A stretch of 63,994 nucleotides of DNA, the filler included, from Basidioascus undulatus (lineage: Eukaryota), in assembly GCA_000826855.1 (NCBI GenBank). It is 9 parts of 9 records of this genome, joined end to end, with 100 filler letters (N's around TTAATTAATTAA, not from the genome) between each part and the next. Parts side by side here need not be neighbours in the genome. Positions count along the whole stretch, not along the records: positions 6,895 to 13,683 come from JTLS01001675.1; positions 13,784 to 20,567 come from JTLS01001676.1; positions 20,668 to 27,448 come from JTLS01001677.1; 6 more parts are not named here. One strand, written 5' to 3'. Below are positions 12,243 through 23,960 of this stretch, in pieces. Within the stretch, counting starts at the first letter, position 1. Each line of letters begins with the position of its first letter. The notes beneath the pieces were generated by a model. The model saw only the letters and a program-made list of their open reading frames with translations. It ran no database searches and had not been told where the DNA came from. A program made the position numbers and the translations under genes.

Positions 12243-13301
12243 AGTGGAGAAGCTGTGATGGATGGTAGTTCACGGGCGGTCCTCTCCTCCGTGATCGCAA
12301 GCCTTGATCAAGTACCAGATCCTAGATCGCCCAGCCGCGGAGCTGTGTACAATATTTATGGAACGCGAGGGGAAAGAGTACGAGAGGTCGACGTGCATCG
12401 CCTGGTTGTCTCTGTGCCGGCACATCAAAGCGGAGCCGCTTCGGCTGTCGCGAGGAATGGCAAGATGCGGCCACCTACGCCCCCAACTCCAAATCCAACT
12501 CCAAATCCATCTCCCGATGAGAGAGATTCTGGTCCTATGAAAGTTCCAGATGCAGGACCTTCCGTGTTTGCCAAGGTGAGCCGATGCCACGCAAAGGAGT
12601 CGTCAGCCGACTGTCAAACTGGCAACGATTTTGTAGAGCGCACCGGGGAGCACTTCCGATACCATATTCGAGGACCGTTGCATGTATATTTCGAAACACA
12701 AGCATAGATATTCTCTCTATTGTTACTAGCAGACCGCCCTACCGAAAAATCCACCTGCCCTGCCTACCGCTGAGGATGTAATGTCATGAGCTTGACGAAC
12801 TACCATTAAGCGCGTGTACATTCATACCTGTTTCTTCGAAGCCTGTAAAAACGCCGGGGTTCTAAATCCAGACATAGCTCAGCTGCCTCAAGTTCATGCT
12901 GCGAACGGCCCGAGACGAAGTAGTCTCACGGATCCTGTACACCCAACACCTGAAGGCCATAGAGGGAAACCCCATAACAATTCTCAGTCGTGCATGCGAA
13001 CATTTTTGTGTCTTGGTTTCACATACCCTTCCCAACTGTGCTCTCAGATGTTGGTATTCCCGGTCCTGTGCCTGAAGGTTCAAAGCAAGCATCCGTCAGT
13101 GTGCGTTGTCTAGACAGTACTACGATCGTCTGGCCCCACCTATATCTCCGGGTAACCCAGCTAAATGAGCAAATAAAGCTGAGTTAATTGAGGCATCGCA
13201 GACGGGCGGTGTCTGGTGTTACTTGGTATGCCGACCACAACGAGCCCGCCGGTCCCGCCGCCTGAGACTGAGCCCTGCGGCCAAGATTAACTCAACTCTA
13301 T

Positions 13302-13397
13302 CAAGCACAGGTCAAGCATGTGCCTACCCGGGACATGACAGCTGACATCCTCACCGAAGGCCTTGAATGTGTCAAGCATGTCCACCAGATTGAGTGA
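13302..13397 (+). mobile_element. Ty1/copia retrotransposon relic (RNase H C-terminus)
   Basis: QAQVKHVPTRDMTADILTEGLECVKHVHQIE* matches the copia RNase H end 'hVPTxxMxADhLTKxL...H'; flanking DNA looks CpG-poor. Confidence 0.6.
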
Positions 13398-13610
13398 GTG
13401 AGGGTCTCGATATGCACACTTCCTTCCCTTTCATCCAATTCCTCTCTGTTTGACGCTTTACCTTGTCTCTGCTCTTTGCCCTCCGTCCTTTGCCCTTCTT
13501 TCACCTTGTGGTTTCATGTGATTGCATTATACTTCCCTTTGATCACGTTGTCCATTTTCCACCAATCATAAGCTATGTTCTGATTTTTTAAAATCATTGA
13601 AGAAAAGCAA

Positions 13611-13682
13611 GCCGTGCTGGCGCAATGGTAGCGCGTGTCTTTCCTAAGGACAAGGTTGTGGGTTCGAGTCCCACGTTCGGTA
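13611..13682 (+). tRNA. tRNA-Arg(CCT)
   Basis: GCCGTGC TG GCGC AATGGTA GCGC G TGTCT TT CCT AA GGACA AGGTT GTGGG TTCGAGT CCCAC GTTCGGT A; cloverleaf with one T.T mismatch in the acceptor stem. Confidence 0.92.
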
Positions 13683-13683
13683 G

Positions 13684-13783
13684 NNNNNNNNNNNNNNNNN
13701 NNNNNNNNNNNNNNNNNNNNNNNNNNNTTAATTAATTAANNNNNNNNNNNNNNNNNNNNNNNNNNNNNNNNNNNNNNNNNNNN
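13684..13783. other. Artificial contig spacer
   Basis: N44-TTAATTAATTAA-N44. Confidence 0.98.
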
Positions 13784-13924
13784 GAGAGGAGGGAGGAGAG
13801 GGAGGGGAAGAAGAGGAAGAGGGAGGGTGAAGAAGGAGGAAGAGAGGAAGGAAGGAAGGGAGGAAAGGGGAGGGAAGAGGAGAAACGAAGGGAAAGGGAA
13901 TAGGGAAGGGAAAGAGAAGACGCA

Positions 13925-14500
13925 CAAGTCAAGCATATGGCTCCCCTCAAACGCCTAGGCGTCGCCCTCCTCGTCCGCCTCGCTCATCCAAGCCTGGACG
14001 AACGTCCCCTGCTCCACATCGGGGTGCTTTGCGTCCCCGACATGGAGCAAGAGCGTATCCTTGACATGCGCCCCGGGCGGGCCCCGCACCCGCCCCGCAC
14101 GGGCATGTTGTTCTCATCGTGGTGGGCGTGCGAGTCCTCCGCGTGGGAGAGCGACGTGTGGCGCATCCCCGCCCACGCGAGCGAGGAGAAGTCGCCCAGG
14201 TGGTGCTACACTTTTGGCGGCGAGGGTGCGCGGGACGGAGACGTGCGCGGTGTGAGAGAAGTAGGTCTGGCCGGCGCCCTGAGGGAGGAGGAGCGTGTGA
14301 GTGGGGAGGTGGGAGGGAACGTGGAAGGGGGAGAGAGTGGGAGGGCGAAGGAGGAGGGGATGCACAAAGCGCCGGACTTGGTTCAAGAGCTTGGAGGACA
14401 TGCGGTGCGAGAGCGTCTTGGGCGTGGAGAGCGGCATGTCGCTCGCGACGCCAGCGGCGGCGGCGAGGATGGTGGTGAAGAGCGTGAACTCCATTGTCAT
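13925..14500 (-). pseudogene. Unidentified disrupted gene with signal-peptide-like start
   Basis: MEFTLFTTILAAAAGVASD..., an intron, then GC3-rich coding-like segments in three frames (TYFSHTAHV / HHLGDFSSLAWAGMRH / VKDTLLLHVGDAKHPDVEQGTFVQAWM) with an in-frame TAG. Confidence 0.3.
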
Positions 14501-15281
14501 GTGATGGCTTATTTATTTGTTAATAAATTGAGTTGAGAGGTTAAGGAAGTGTTTAATTAACCCAAACTTGCCAGAAGTGGATGAGACAGCGTGGACAGTG
14601 TGGATAATGCAGAGTCTCGAGCAGGCTTCAGTGTGGGGTCGCGAGAGGTCCCACGTCCCGCACATCCTTTTCTGCCGATTGACCACGGCCACAGTCCACT
14701 TTGCGGCTAATTATTCATCTGAAATTTCTTACGGAACTACAGCCTAAAACGCAATTTTGCGTTAGAGTTCCAGCTCATCCCCAACGGCCTCCAGCCGACA
14801 GCTCTGTCCAGTCCGAGCGGCCGACTCGACACGACCGAGTCAGTATTTATACATTGACCTGTGGAATAGAGATAAAGCTTGCTTTAAAGTAGAAAGTATC
14901 GAACGTGAGAAAGCACCCGTCGTGCTCGGGCTTCATGAGAGCAATCTAAGTCGACCGACTGAGGGAATGAGTGCTCGCAAACATCCTCTCCAAGCTTTCC
15001 GAAGCGCCCGAGTGACCTTCAACCGGCGATAGAATAAAGATACGACTTCCTTTGATGTCCAACTACGGGGGAAGAGTCCAAAAAGGAACATTGCGAGTTG
15101 ACAGTATTTCGGAAAAGATAGTCAGTCGACTGTTATCGCCGACGGCTATCGGCTCAGCGAACAATTCTCATCCGCGAACAGGGGGATTCACGAAAGCGAA
15201 CGGGCGCTCGCCTGGGCTGCAAAAAATCCAGACCTGCGCGCTCGCCCGTCTCGCCGTCCTTGAACCGCCAGCAAGATCACC

Positions 15282-16608
15282 ATGTCGCTGTTTGTGAGTG
15301 CTGACGGCGGTGTCAACGACGATGGCGCTGCTCTTCTCGCCATCCGCACCGGCATGCTGACCGTTGGCCCCGTTCCCCTCGTCGTGCTCCCCGTTCCCCC
15401 CGACCGCGCCGGCAGACGTCCACCCCGGTTGTCATCGACGGCAAGGGCCACTTGCTCGGCCGCCTCGCTTCGATTATCTCGAAGCAGATCCTCAGCGGCC
15501 AGAAGGTCGTCGTGGTCCGCTGCGAGGAGATCAACGTCTCGGGCTCGTTCTTCCGGAACAAGGTGGGTACAGTGTCCGGCTCCCGGGAGGGGCAGGAAGA
15601 CCTGCGGGGCGGGCGTGAGTTTTGGGCACGCGCACGGCTGGGTGGGTGGATTTCGGTGTGGATTACGCGCAGGATGGGGACTGCGTTGTTAGATGTGGGG
15701 ATGAGGGAGGGCAGGCTTTTCGCGGCGCAGGCGGACGACACCCTCCCGCTCCCGTTACACCTCCCGCTCCCCCGGGCTTTGCATTCTGACACCTCTCCTC
15801 TCTTCCACAGCTCCGTTACCACCAGTACCTCCACAAGCGCCACATCGTCAACCCGACGCGTGCGGGGCCGTTCCACTTCCGCGCGCCCTCGCGCATCCTG
15901 TACAAGGCGATCCGCGGCATGGTCCCCCACAAGACTTCGCGCGGCGCGGCCGCGCTCGAGCGCCTGAAGCTCTTCGAGGGCGTCCCCCCGCCCTACGACA
16001 AGAAGAAGCGCATGGTCGTCCCTGAGGCGCTCCGCGTCCTCCGCCTCAAGCCGGGCCGCAAGTGCGTCTTCTCTCCTCCCCCCCCTCCCGTGTGGACGGA
16101 GCCGGTGCTGACGTGAGGATGTGTGCAGGTTCACCACGGTTAGTCTGCACGCTTTTGAGGGGAAGGGATGGAACACGGGTGCAGTGCATAGTTGGGCCGG
16201 ATACGAGATGCTGGGTGCGGGAGGATGCCCCTCCGGAACGGTCCGCTGATCCGTCGTTCCACCGTCTGCAGATCAAGCGCCTCTCCCACGAGGTCGGCTG
16301 GGGCTACAAGTGCGTCCGATTCTCATCCACCTCCCCTCCTCAATTCCGCCCATGCTGATATCGCTTCACTGTTCCAGGGACGTTGTCGACCGCCTCGAGG
16401 AGAAGCGCAAGGCCAAGGCCGTCGCTTACCACGAGCGCAAGGTCCGTGCCCCGTCCTTCACCCTTCCTCCCACCCTCACTTCCCCGCTCTCCCCGCCCCC
16501 AACTCACGCAATGTTCGTACCGCACCGCAGGTCGCCGCGACCAAGGCCCGCGCCGCCGCGTCCAAGTCGGTCCCCGCGAACGAGACGCTCGTCTCGCTCG
16601 GCTTCTAA
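15282..16608 (+). CDS. RPL16: 60S ribosomal protein L16 (uL13/L13a), 7 exons
   Basis: [95 protein letters not shown]...[35 protein letters not shown]...LVSLGF*. Confidence 0.97.
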
Positions 16609-17774
16609 GCGACGACGAAGGCGCGACGCGACATGTCTATGTGGTCCTTGCTCGTGCTTGATGGATATGCTGCTGCGGTTGAGACGACCCCCTAGCCCAT
16701 GCACATGGTGTATTGCTCCCTCCCTTCCCCTTTTCTCTTCGATCCCACAAGCGGTTTTGCATGCTGTGTGGGGACTATGCTACCCCCTTTCTCTTGACGA
16801 GACTGTGTGCGGCTGGAAGATGGCTCAGGTAGAGAGAAAGCTAGTCGCCAGCGTTCGTGTTCTGCCACTTTTCCCGCGCTCTCACTTGCTGTCAATCGCC
16901 TTACATGCAACGGGGCTGCAATGCTGCTCAGCCAAGTTGGAAGCATCTTAGCATACAGCTCGAGCAAGATGGTGGAAGTGAGGTGCCGTCACGGCGAGAA
17001 GGCGTGCTCAACGTCTCCGATTCTCACTCATCCCGTTCATCGTCGTGTTTTCTGATCAGCGAATCATCTTCTTTCTGCGCAGCCATTCAGGGCGGTTGAG
17101 CAGGGGAAGTCAGTCGCACCAATTATGCCTTGCTTGACTCAAATTGTTCCCTTTCCACCTTTCTTCCCCTGCATTGCACCAACCGTCACTGCTCTCCCAC
17201 TCTCCTCCCGACGGTTTCCATGCCCATCACGCTGTCTTCAACTTGAAGCACAAACCTCTCTTCATCTTCATCGTCCCAAGAATGCTTGCAGCATCCAGCC
17301 CCTGTGTGGACCGCGCTTCGCAGCCTGACGCATCTTGATGATGTCCTTGGAGCCGTCTGCGCTACAAGGCCGCCATTATTTGCATCCTTCTGCAGCGTCG
17401 GGCCAGCGTCGGGCGCTCTGGTCTCGCGGCTGCTGCAAGGTACTAATTATGGGCTGCAGCTGGCCTGTAGACCTGCAGAGCCATCGAGATCGCCGCCGGT
17501 GACAGAGGAAACCGCCTCCCGGGCCGCCTCCGCTTCGCCAGCTTCGCGTCTTCCTCCTTGCCCTCGCATCTTGCGATCCCATCGCTCGATTTCGAACATA
17601 TCCGCGTGCTGACTATTTGTTCGACTCTTTTCCTTTGAATACTTCGAGTACACGCTCTCTACTTCGAACTAGCACAGCTCTACCGCGCGCGGCAGTGAAT
17701 CCCGTTCATATTCCACGGCTGGCATCGCGCGACCTGCCCTTCGTTCTCCGCATTCAACATTGAGTCCGAATAAA

Positions 17775-19360
17775 GGGATGTCGTCGTCAACTCCGGCCTC
17801 CGCGCCGCGCCGCTCTACGCCCTCGCTGTTGTCCACGACGCCCTCGACCGCGCCCTCCTCACTGTTCTCCACCACGTCCTTGCTATCCTCGACAGTGAGC
17901 GAGCAGACCAAGCACCTCCGCCTCACACTATTCCCGCCCGGCGGTGCACGCACACCGGTCTGGCCCAGTTCGGGCCCGGCGAACCGCTCCATGGGCTCGT
18001 CGAGCGCTTGTCGTCCAGACCGTCTTCTTCCTCTTCGACCGGCTCCGCTTCGGGCGACGCAGCGGCGGGGGATGTCATCGTGCAAGTATGTCTCCGCCCT
18101 CCCTCCCTGCCTCTGCCCACGTTCGACCCCAACCTGACGCCTCTCTCAGATCCGCTGCACATACGTGAACCGTCCCGCGGGCGCTCAGAATGCCGTCGCG
18201 CTGGTGGGGTCGATGCGGTCCGCGCCGACGCCGCTGGACGCGGCGACGGTGCACCGCCAGGCGCACACGGTCTTCCTCTCCCTGCCGACGGCGATGAGCA
18301 CGGGCGAGACGTTCGAGCTCCCGCACTGCTTCCCCCTGAGCCGCCTCCCGCCGAGTGGACCTCAGCCGCGCGCTGATGACGTCCATGGGCGCGGTCGGGG
18401 GCGCGCATTGGTCCGCACGCGTCGAATGGGAGATCGTCCTGGTGGATTTGACGCCTGCAAGGGGAAGGGTGCTGTGGATTAGGAAGAAGAGAATGTGCGC
18501 AACGCTTTCGGGCCAAGCCTTTTCTCAAGCTGACTATCCAATCTCCGCTATCTCTACAGCCTAACAGTCCCAATATCTTACCTGAGGCGCACCGTTCCCT
18601 CGCGCTTTTCGCCCGCCCAAGAGCTCGTCTTCACACTTGGCCGCCCGCGTCCGCCGCCAGCAGCCGACCCCGACGGGTGGGCGACGTTCCCCTTGAACCT
18701 GGCCGCCCCCCCAAATGCCGTAGCAAGAGTTCGTCTCTCCCTTCTTCCTTCCCACCTTCCTCCTCCTTTACTCCTAACGCAGCACTATTTCTTCCGCCCC
18801 GCAGCTCTCCATCCCTCTCCTCACCCGAGCCCATCCCCCTCCTGCTCTCCCTCTCCCTCCCATCCACAAAGCGCCCGACCTCCGCCACCAAGCGATCTTC
18901 CACAAGCCGTATCAGCAGTCCCTCGCGGACGACCTCCTCACCGTGCCGTTCGAGGAGCTGCCGCCGGACGCGGAGGCGGACACGGACGAGGGGGATAGGG
19001 GGACGACGAAGACGGGCGAGGACGACGGCGGTACATCGCCCACTTGCGGATGCCCCTCGACGGCTCGGCGACGCAGCCGCCCCTCCCATCGTTGCGCACT
19101 CCTTGGGTATCCATCTCCGTGTGTCGCTTTCCCTTTTCCTCCTCCTCCTCTTCTTCTGCTTCCCTTGTCTCTCCACTCACCCTCTCATGACCTCCCGCTT
19201 CCCGGCACGCCCGCACAGACGTTCTCCATCCCATCCACTTTGCGACGCACGAGGCGCTCCCATTGGACGAGGTGTCTCCTTCTGAGGACCTCGACGAGGA
19301 CGGGGCGACGATGCTGGAGAGTGGGGATGGGCATGAGCTGGAGGAGGAGGATAGCGTGCG
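17775..19360 (+). pseudogene. Decayed gene, possibly arrestin-fold
   Basis: Exon-like pieces: LAQFGPGEPLHGLVERL, VIVQ|IRCTYV, GETFELPHCFPLSRLPPS, ARVEWEIVLV, PLPSLRTPW, and an acidic tail. Several frameshifts and stops; family assignment weak. Confidence 0.3.
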
Positions 19361-20491
19361 GTAAAGCGCTTGAAGTGGATAATAGAGGGATGCGTGCAGT
19401 CGCGCTACGCCAGCACGCGAGGATACCTTGCGGCAGAGCCATCTGCGCACTCTGCGGCCATGCGTACGCGTTCCTTTCCTACTGCCTTCTGTCCTTCAGC
19501 TAACGTGCGGCTGGAAGTGCAGCAGCTCCTCGACACCGCAACCCGACACAGACGCGTCGCTCGAGGCAGGCACGACGACGCGACCCAGACTGTCGTTGCG
19601 CCGACCGGGGACAGGTCCACTGTGCTGGCTGCTCGGGCGTGGGAAGGGGGTGGGCCGTAGGAGACAATGGATGAATTTCTAGTCCCGCGCAATGTATCAA
19701 GAGCGGGTGGTTATCTGTTGACGGAGTGCCAAAGAGTTCCTCATGGGGGATGATGACCCGGTGAAGCTCTTCAACTCAACGCTGCTGTGTGCCTGGAACG
19801 CACGCTTCTTTGCCTTGTTCTTTAAAGGAAAGGAACGCAATTATCTGGACGTATGAAGATTGTGCGCAACGGCACGACACAATGTTATTGGAAACGATCG
19901 ACTGCTTTGTAGAGAAGACGAGGAGGAGGTGGTGGTGGAGGCGGAGGGGGAGATAGATACGGTGCTTTAGCTGAGGCTCATGGAAGCATTGAACGCGTTT
20001 CTGAGGGTGTCTTCAACGTTTGCTGTATGTTTGCTCAAGGCTTGCTTGAGTTGGCTGAAAGGATAGCCGACATTGCCGACTGACGCTGAACGTTGCGCAG
20101 TTGTCTAACGCCTTTTCATGACTGGCGGTGACTGGCAGTCTCCATGTTTTTCCTGGGTATCCTCTCTCCGCGCTCGATGTCCACTCCGTAACGCACAGCA
20201 TCACACCTCGACAGCATTGATATTGTCGCCCCCACTTGCCGCCGCTGAGTCGCAGCTCCCGCCGTCTTAAAGCGCCTTGCTTCGACGCATCGGGTCCTTG
20301 GGTGTTGGTGTGCTTTGATGTGCTCGTTCCCCTTCCCCATTGAAGTACCCAATACTGGTATTCGCATACTTGTTCTATCTTATTGCATACCCCAGTGTAA
20401 TCGGAATGTTCCGACTGTGTCTGCGTGTCCGTCTGAGGTGTTTGCGCCAAGGATCTTCTTTATATTAAATGACCTTGAAACTAATCAGCAA

Positions 20492-20564
20492 GCCTCGCTA
20501 GCTCAATCGGTAGAGCGTGAGACTCTTAATCTCAAGGCTGCGGGTTCGACCCCCGCGTGGGGCT
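20492..20564 (+). tRNA. tRNA-Lys(CTT)
   Basis: GCCTCGC TA GCTC AATCGGTA GAGC G TGAGA CT CTT AA TCTCA AGGCT GCGGG TTCGACC CCCGC GTGGGGC T. Confidence 0.96.
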
Positions 20565-20567
20565 TTG

Positions 20568-20667
20568 NNNNNNNNNNNNNNNNNNNNNNNNNNNNNNNNN
20601 NNNNNNNNNNNTTAATTAATTAANNNNNNNNNNNNNNNNNNNNNNNNNNNNNNNNNNNNNNNNNNNN
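20568..20667. other. Artificial contig spacer
   Basis: N44-TTAATTAATTAA-N44. Confidence 0.98.
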
Positions 20668-21955
20668 GGCCCCTTCCCGCTCCTGCATCCCCTCACGTTA
20701 CCCGCTAGCAGCCCTTCTCGCTCCTGTACTCTACCCCTCCTGTTGCCCACTAGCGGCGTCGCATGCAGAGCTCTTAACGGCTTAACTAACCAGCCAGCCG
20801 TTGTTGAACGTGTACGACAAGTTTGTTGCCTTCGTGCGACAGCTCAACATGGCGGAATCCAGCATGGGCGCTCAAGAAAGAGTGAAAGAGGCGGGTTCGG
20901 CAAGCTCATGCCAAAAGAGCGGGGTTGGTCGTGCATGAAGGGACGCTGCTGCGCCTTGATCCGTCTGACTGGTCGGCGGCTGACGGGGACTGTCGCAGTG
21001 GATCTTCCGGGACCGTCTATTAGTCTATCTACCTCGAGCCCCCTGATGAACGTCGAGCGCTGTATGCACCAGGCAGGCATGTTCCTGTCATGGGCCGGTT
21101 CGCGGACCGGCGGCCTCATCTGGCCTTGTGCACCGCTCACGCATCACTGAGACGAGCAAGAGACGGGTGCAACCTTATCGAAAAAAAAAGCCCCGAACAT
21201 TGCGAGCGTTTGATACCAGCGACAATATGAATGCGACTGCTTCCTTTTTCACTTGGTTCTCTATTTTTAGTGCGTAACAGCGCGGCGGTCTGCTTGAATG
21301 CCCGAGCAATGTAGTAAGTAACCCTACGCGTGGATTATAGCATAGGGGTAAGATGGTGAAACTGTGTCGGCACACCCTGCACAACCTCTACAAAAGCCGC
21401 ATCCCGGCGTGCTGTCGGCGATCCCTTACGATCACCGGGACTGCATGCATTAAAGTTCTTCCCCTAATCCCCCTCTCATCGCGAGACATAAGTTCGCTCA
21501 CTCGTCACCCTCCCGTCGTCACCCTCCCACCTCAACCACCACCGCCCGCCACATCCACCGCCGCATCCACCTCCTCCGTTGCGTCTGCGCTTACCGCGAC
21601 CTCGTCTGCACGCATTTCGTCCCTGTAAGGTGTCCTCGTCCGCACTCGCTGTGGCTCGTCCCCTAACAGTAAGTCTTCCTGTAACCTGTCGGCCTCGCCC
21701 GTAGCTGCGGCTGACCCTCTCCTCTCCGCCTTCGCCTCCCCCTTGATCCACCTCGACCTCTGTGTTTTGATCTCGTCCGATGTCGCTCTTCCCCAATCCA
21801 CCACCCCGTCCGCCTCCCTGGCGCAGCTCGCTTGACACCAACGGCTCCCTCGCTTGCATCGTTGCCAGTGTCATCAGTGTTATCGTCGTCGGTTAGTTTT
21901 TTTGGCCCCACCCAACTGCGTTGCGACGTTGCGACACTAAGCGGCCACCGGTAGA

Positions 21956-22431
21956 ATGACCAACGTCTCTTGCTACGGATTTAGTTGCTCCACCACGCTC
22001 AGCTGGGAATCTAGCCTACAGAGCTGCTGCGAGCCAACCGGTAGATCCGTGGACGACTACGGTCAATACGCATGCGTTGGCAACGCGCTTGCGGAGACAA
22101 TCGCTTGCTTCAACCAGAGCTACGAATCTCACCGATCACAGTACGACGTCTACAGCATGTTCTGCAACGACGACGTAGGCAACACAGTAGACGCCGGTGT
22201 CGTCAGCCACAATAACCGCAGCGCTAATGTATGCTCGCGCTACTTCCTGTCCAACTGCTAAATACGACCGGCAACGAGACGGTCGACCCTAGGGACGGCA
22301 TCTGTGGTTCCTCCGGCAGTCAATCAGGTGCATTAGCTGCGCCTCGTCACAGGTGCGCAGCAATGGCTGTCGCAGCTCTGATAGTATCGGTCTTCGTCGC
22401 GCATGGCGTGACCCCCCCCCCCTTTTCCTGA
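21956..22431 (+). CDS. Small Cys-rich protein with GPI-signal-like tail, split by a 1-nt frameshift (possible pseudogene)
   Basis: ORF 21956-22261 is Cys-rich with N-X-S/T sequons. The overlapping frame continues LNTTGNETVDPRDGICGSSGSQSGALAAPRHRCAAMAVAALIVSVFVAHGV. Confidence 0.45.
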
Positions 22432-22745
22432 TGGAACCCCACTTAGATATCACTCTCCCCCCTCCTGTAGTCTACCTCGCCTGTACTTTCTGTGCCCGCT
22501 AGCAGCGTTCAAGCAACGCTCTTAATGTCCAACATCAGCCTTTAGAGCAGAACAGCTAATTACCACTCCGTGTAAGGGGGTGTATACCAGACAATCCTGA
22601 TGAAGGACTCGGAAGAAACGTCAAAGAAGAAGAATGGACTGCGCTATACTGTGGTCAGCTTGCCTCGGCTCCTCCGAGATCGCGTGTCTTAGGGGGTGTC
22701 TCGACGTGCGCTGGCCAACCCGGTGTAGTCAAATAGCAAAACAAA

Positions 22746-22819
22746 TGGACATATCCGGAATTGAACCGGAGACCTCCTCCATGCTAAGAAGGCGTGATAA
22801 GCCACTACACCATACGCCC
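22746..22819 (-). tRNA. tRNA-Ala(AGC)
   Basis: Reverse complement GGGCGTA TG GTGT AGTGGCTTA TCAC G CCTTC TT AGC AT GGAGG AGGTC TCCGG TTCAATT CCGGA TATGTCC A; G3.U70 alanine identity pair present. Confidence 0.96.
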
Positions 22820-23960
22820 ATGCTCATGGAAGTTTGATGGCAACTTACAACCACAGGTTTCCTTGTCCTTCACTATATGTGCGGTGTGAGGTTTTCCTCT
22901 CGGCCCCGTTGGCCTATGCGCTCTTATTCTAGACCAGTTGAATTGTCCGTACGACACTGTGGCAGCACACGCCATGTGTGTCTTCCCTGCCGTACACTCC
23001 AGACCCAATTTGCAGTACGTGCATTGCTCGTCCCCATTTCAGAGCTTTAACCACAGCTTCATACAATAGGTTTAGTATGGATCTTACTGCCGGCGCAGTG
23101 CGTTTTCTACGAGCTTGAAAGTGAGCACAAGCACACTGTCAGTGATCCATCCGACATGTGTGACTTGGCTCAACAGCTGCGTAGAGCAGCGCAGCCTTGA
23201 GAAGACGGGAGGGGAGGCCCTAATTATTGAATCTTTCAGGTCCTTCTATTTTGGGGCCGGAAGGAAAACGCGGAGCGGAATGCCGAGCGATCTGCAGAGA
23301 GTGCGTGTGTTGAACGCAAGGCACGCTGCCAGACAGCTCCATAGAGCAATGCTATCCTGAAGTGCCGCGGGATTGAAAGTGTTGGGTGTTACTTAATTAT
23401 TATTTGTCTCGAAATTTGGTTTCGGGAGATTGACGTCGGACCTGCAACGAGCGACACCCTGCATTGCATCCATATTTCAATTGTCCTCACCCTTTCACAA
23501 CCCCGCTTCTCTCCCGCCTCGTCCACTTTTAGTCTTTTCGCCTCTCTCCCGGTCCTCTGCACCTGCCCTAGCTCCGAGAGATGAATGGATTGTGACGATG
23601 CCGTCCCCGAAAGTGAAGCACTGGTTGCGCGAGGCGGTGACTAGCGATACTCCATTTACGGCAATTGCCACATAATATCATGAAGTTTATTGGGACAAGT
23701 CAAGTATCAATATTTGGAGGTGCAGAATTCCTGAAAACGAGCTCTACCGGGAATGGGCTGCTGGCCGCATTGGGGGCAGACAGCTTGCAGCAACGTCGTG
23801 CATGTGCAAGGCATCATATTATGAACTCCTTTCTGTAGTAAGATCATGCATTAAAATCTTTCCTGAAGCTGCACCGCGTGCCACACCTGCGGATTGAGAT
23901 CGGTAACTTTTTGAGTTTTCGACATGGAGCATCACATCAAACAACATTACAACGCACCGA

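Noticed and set aside
11989..12300. ORF with HPFI/HSFI repeats
   Set aside because: Translation of the tetranucleotide microsatellite.
13611..20567. Two contigs end within 1-3 nt of tRNA 3' ends, suggesting tRNA integration sites
   Set aside because: Multicopy tRNAs or terminator T-runs commonly break short-read assemblies, and no integrase or att duplication is visible.
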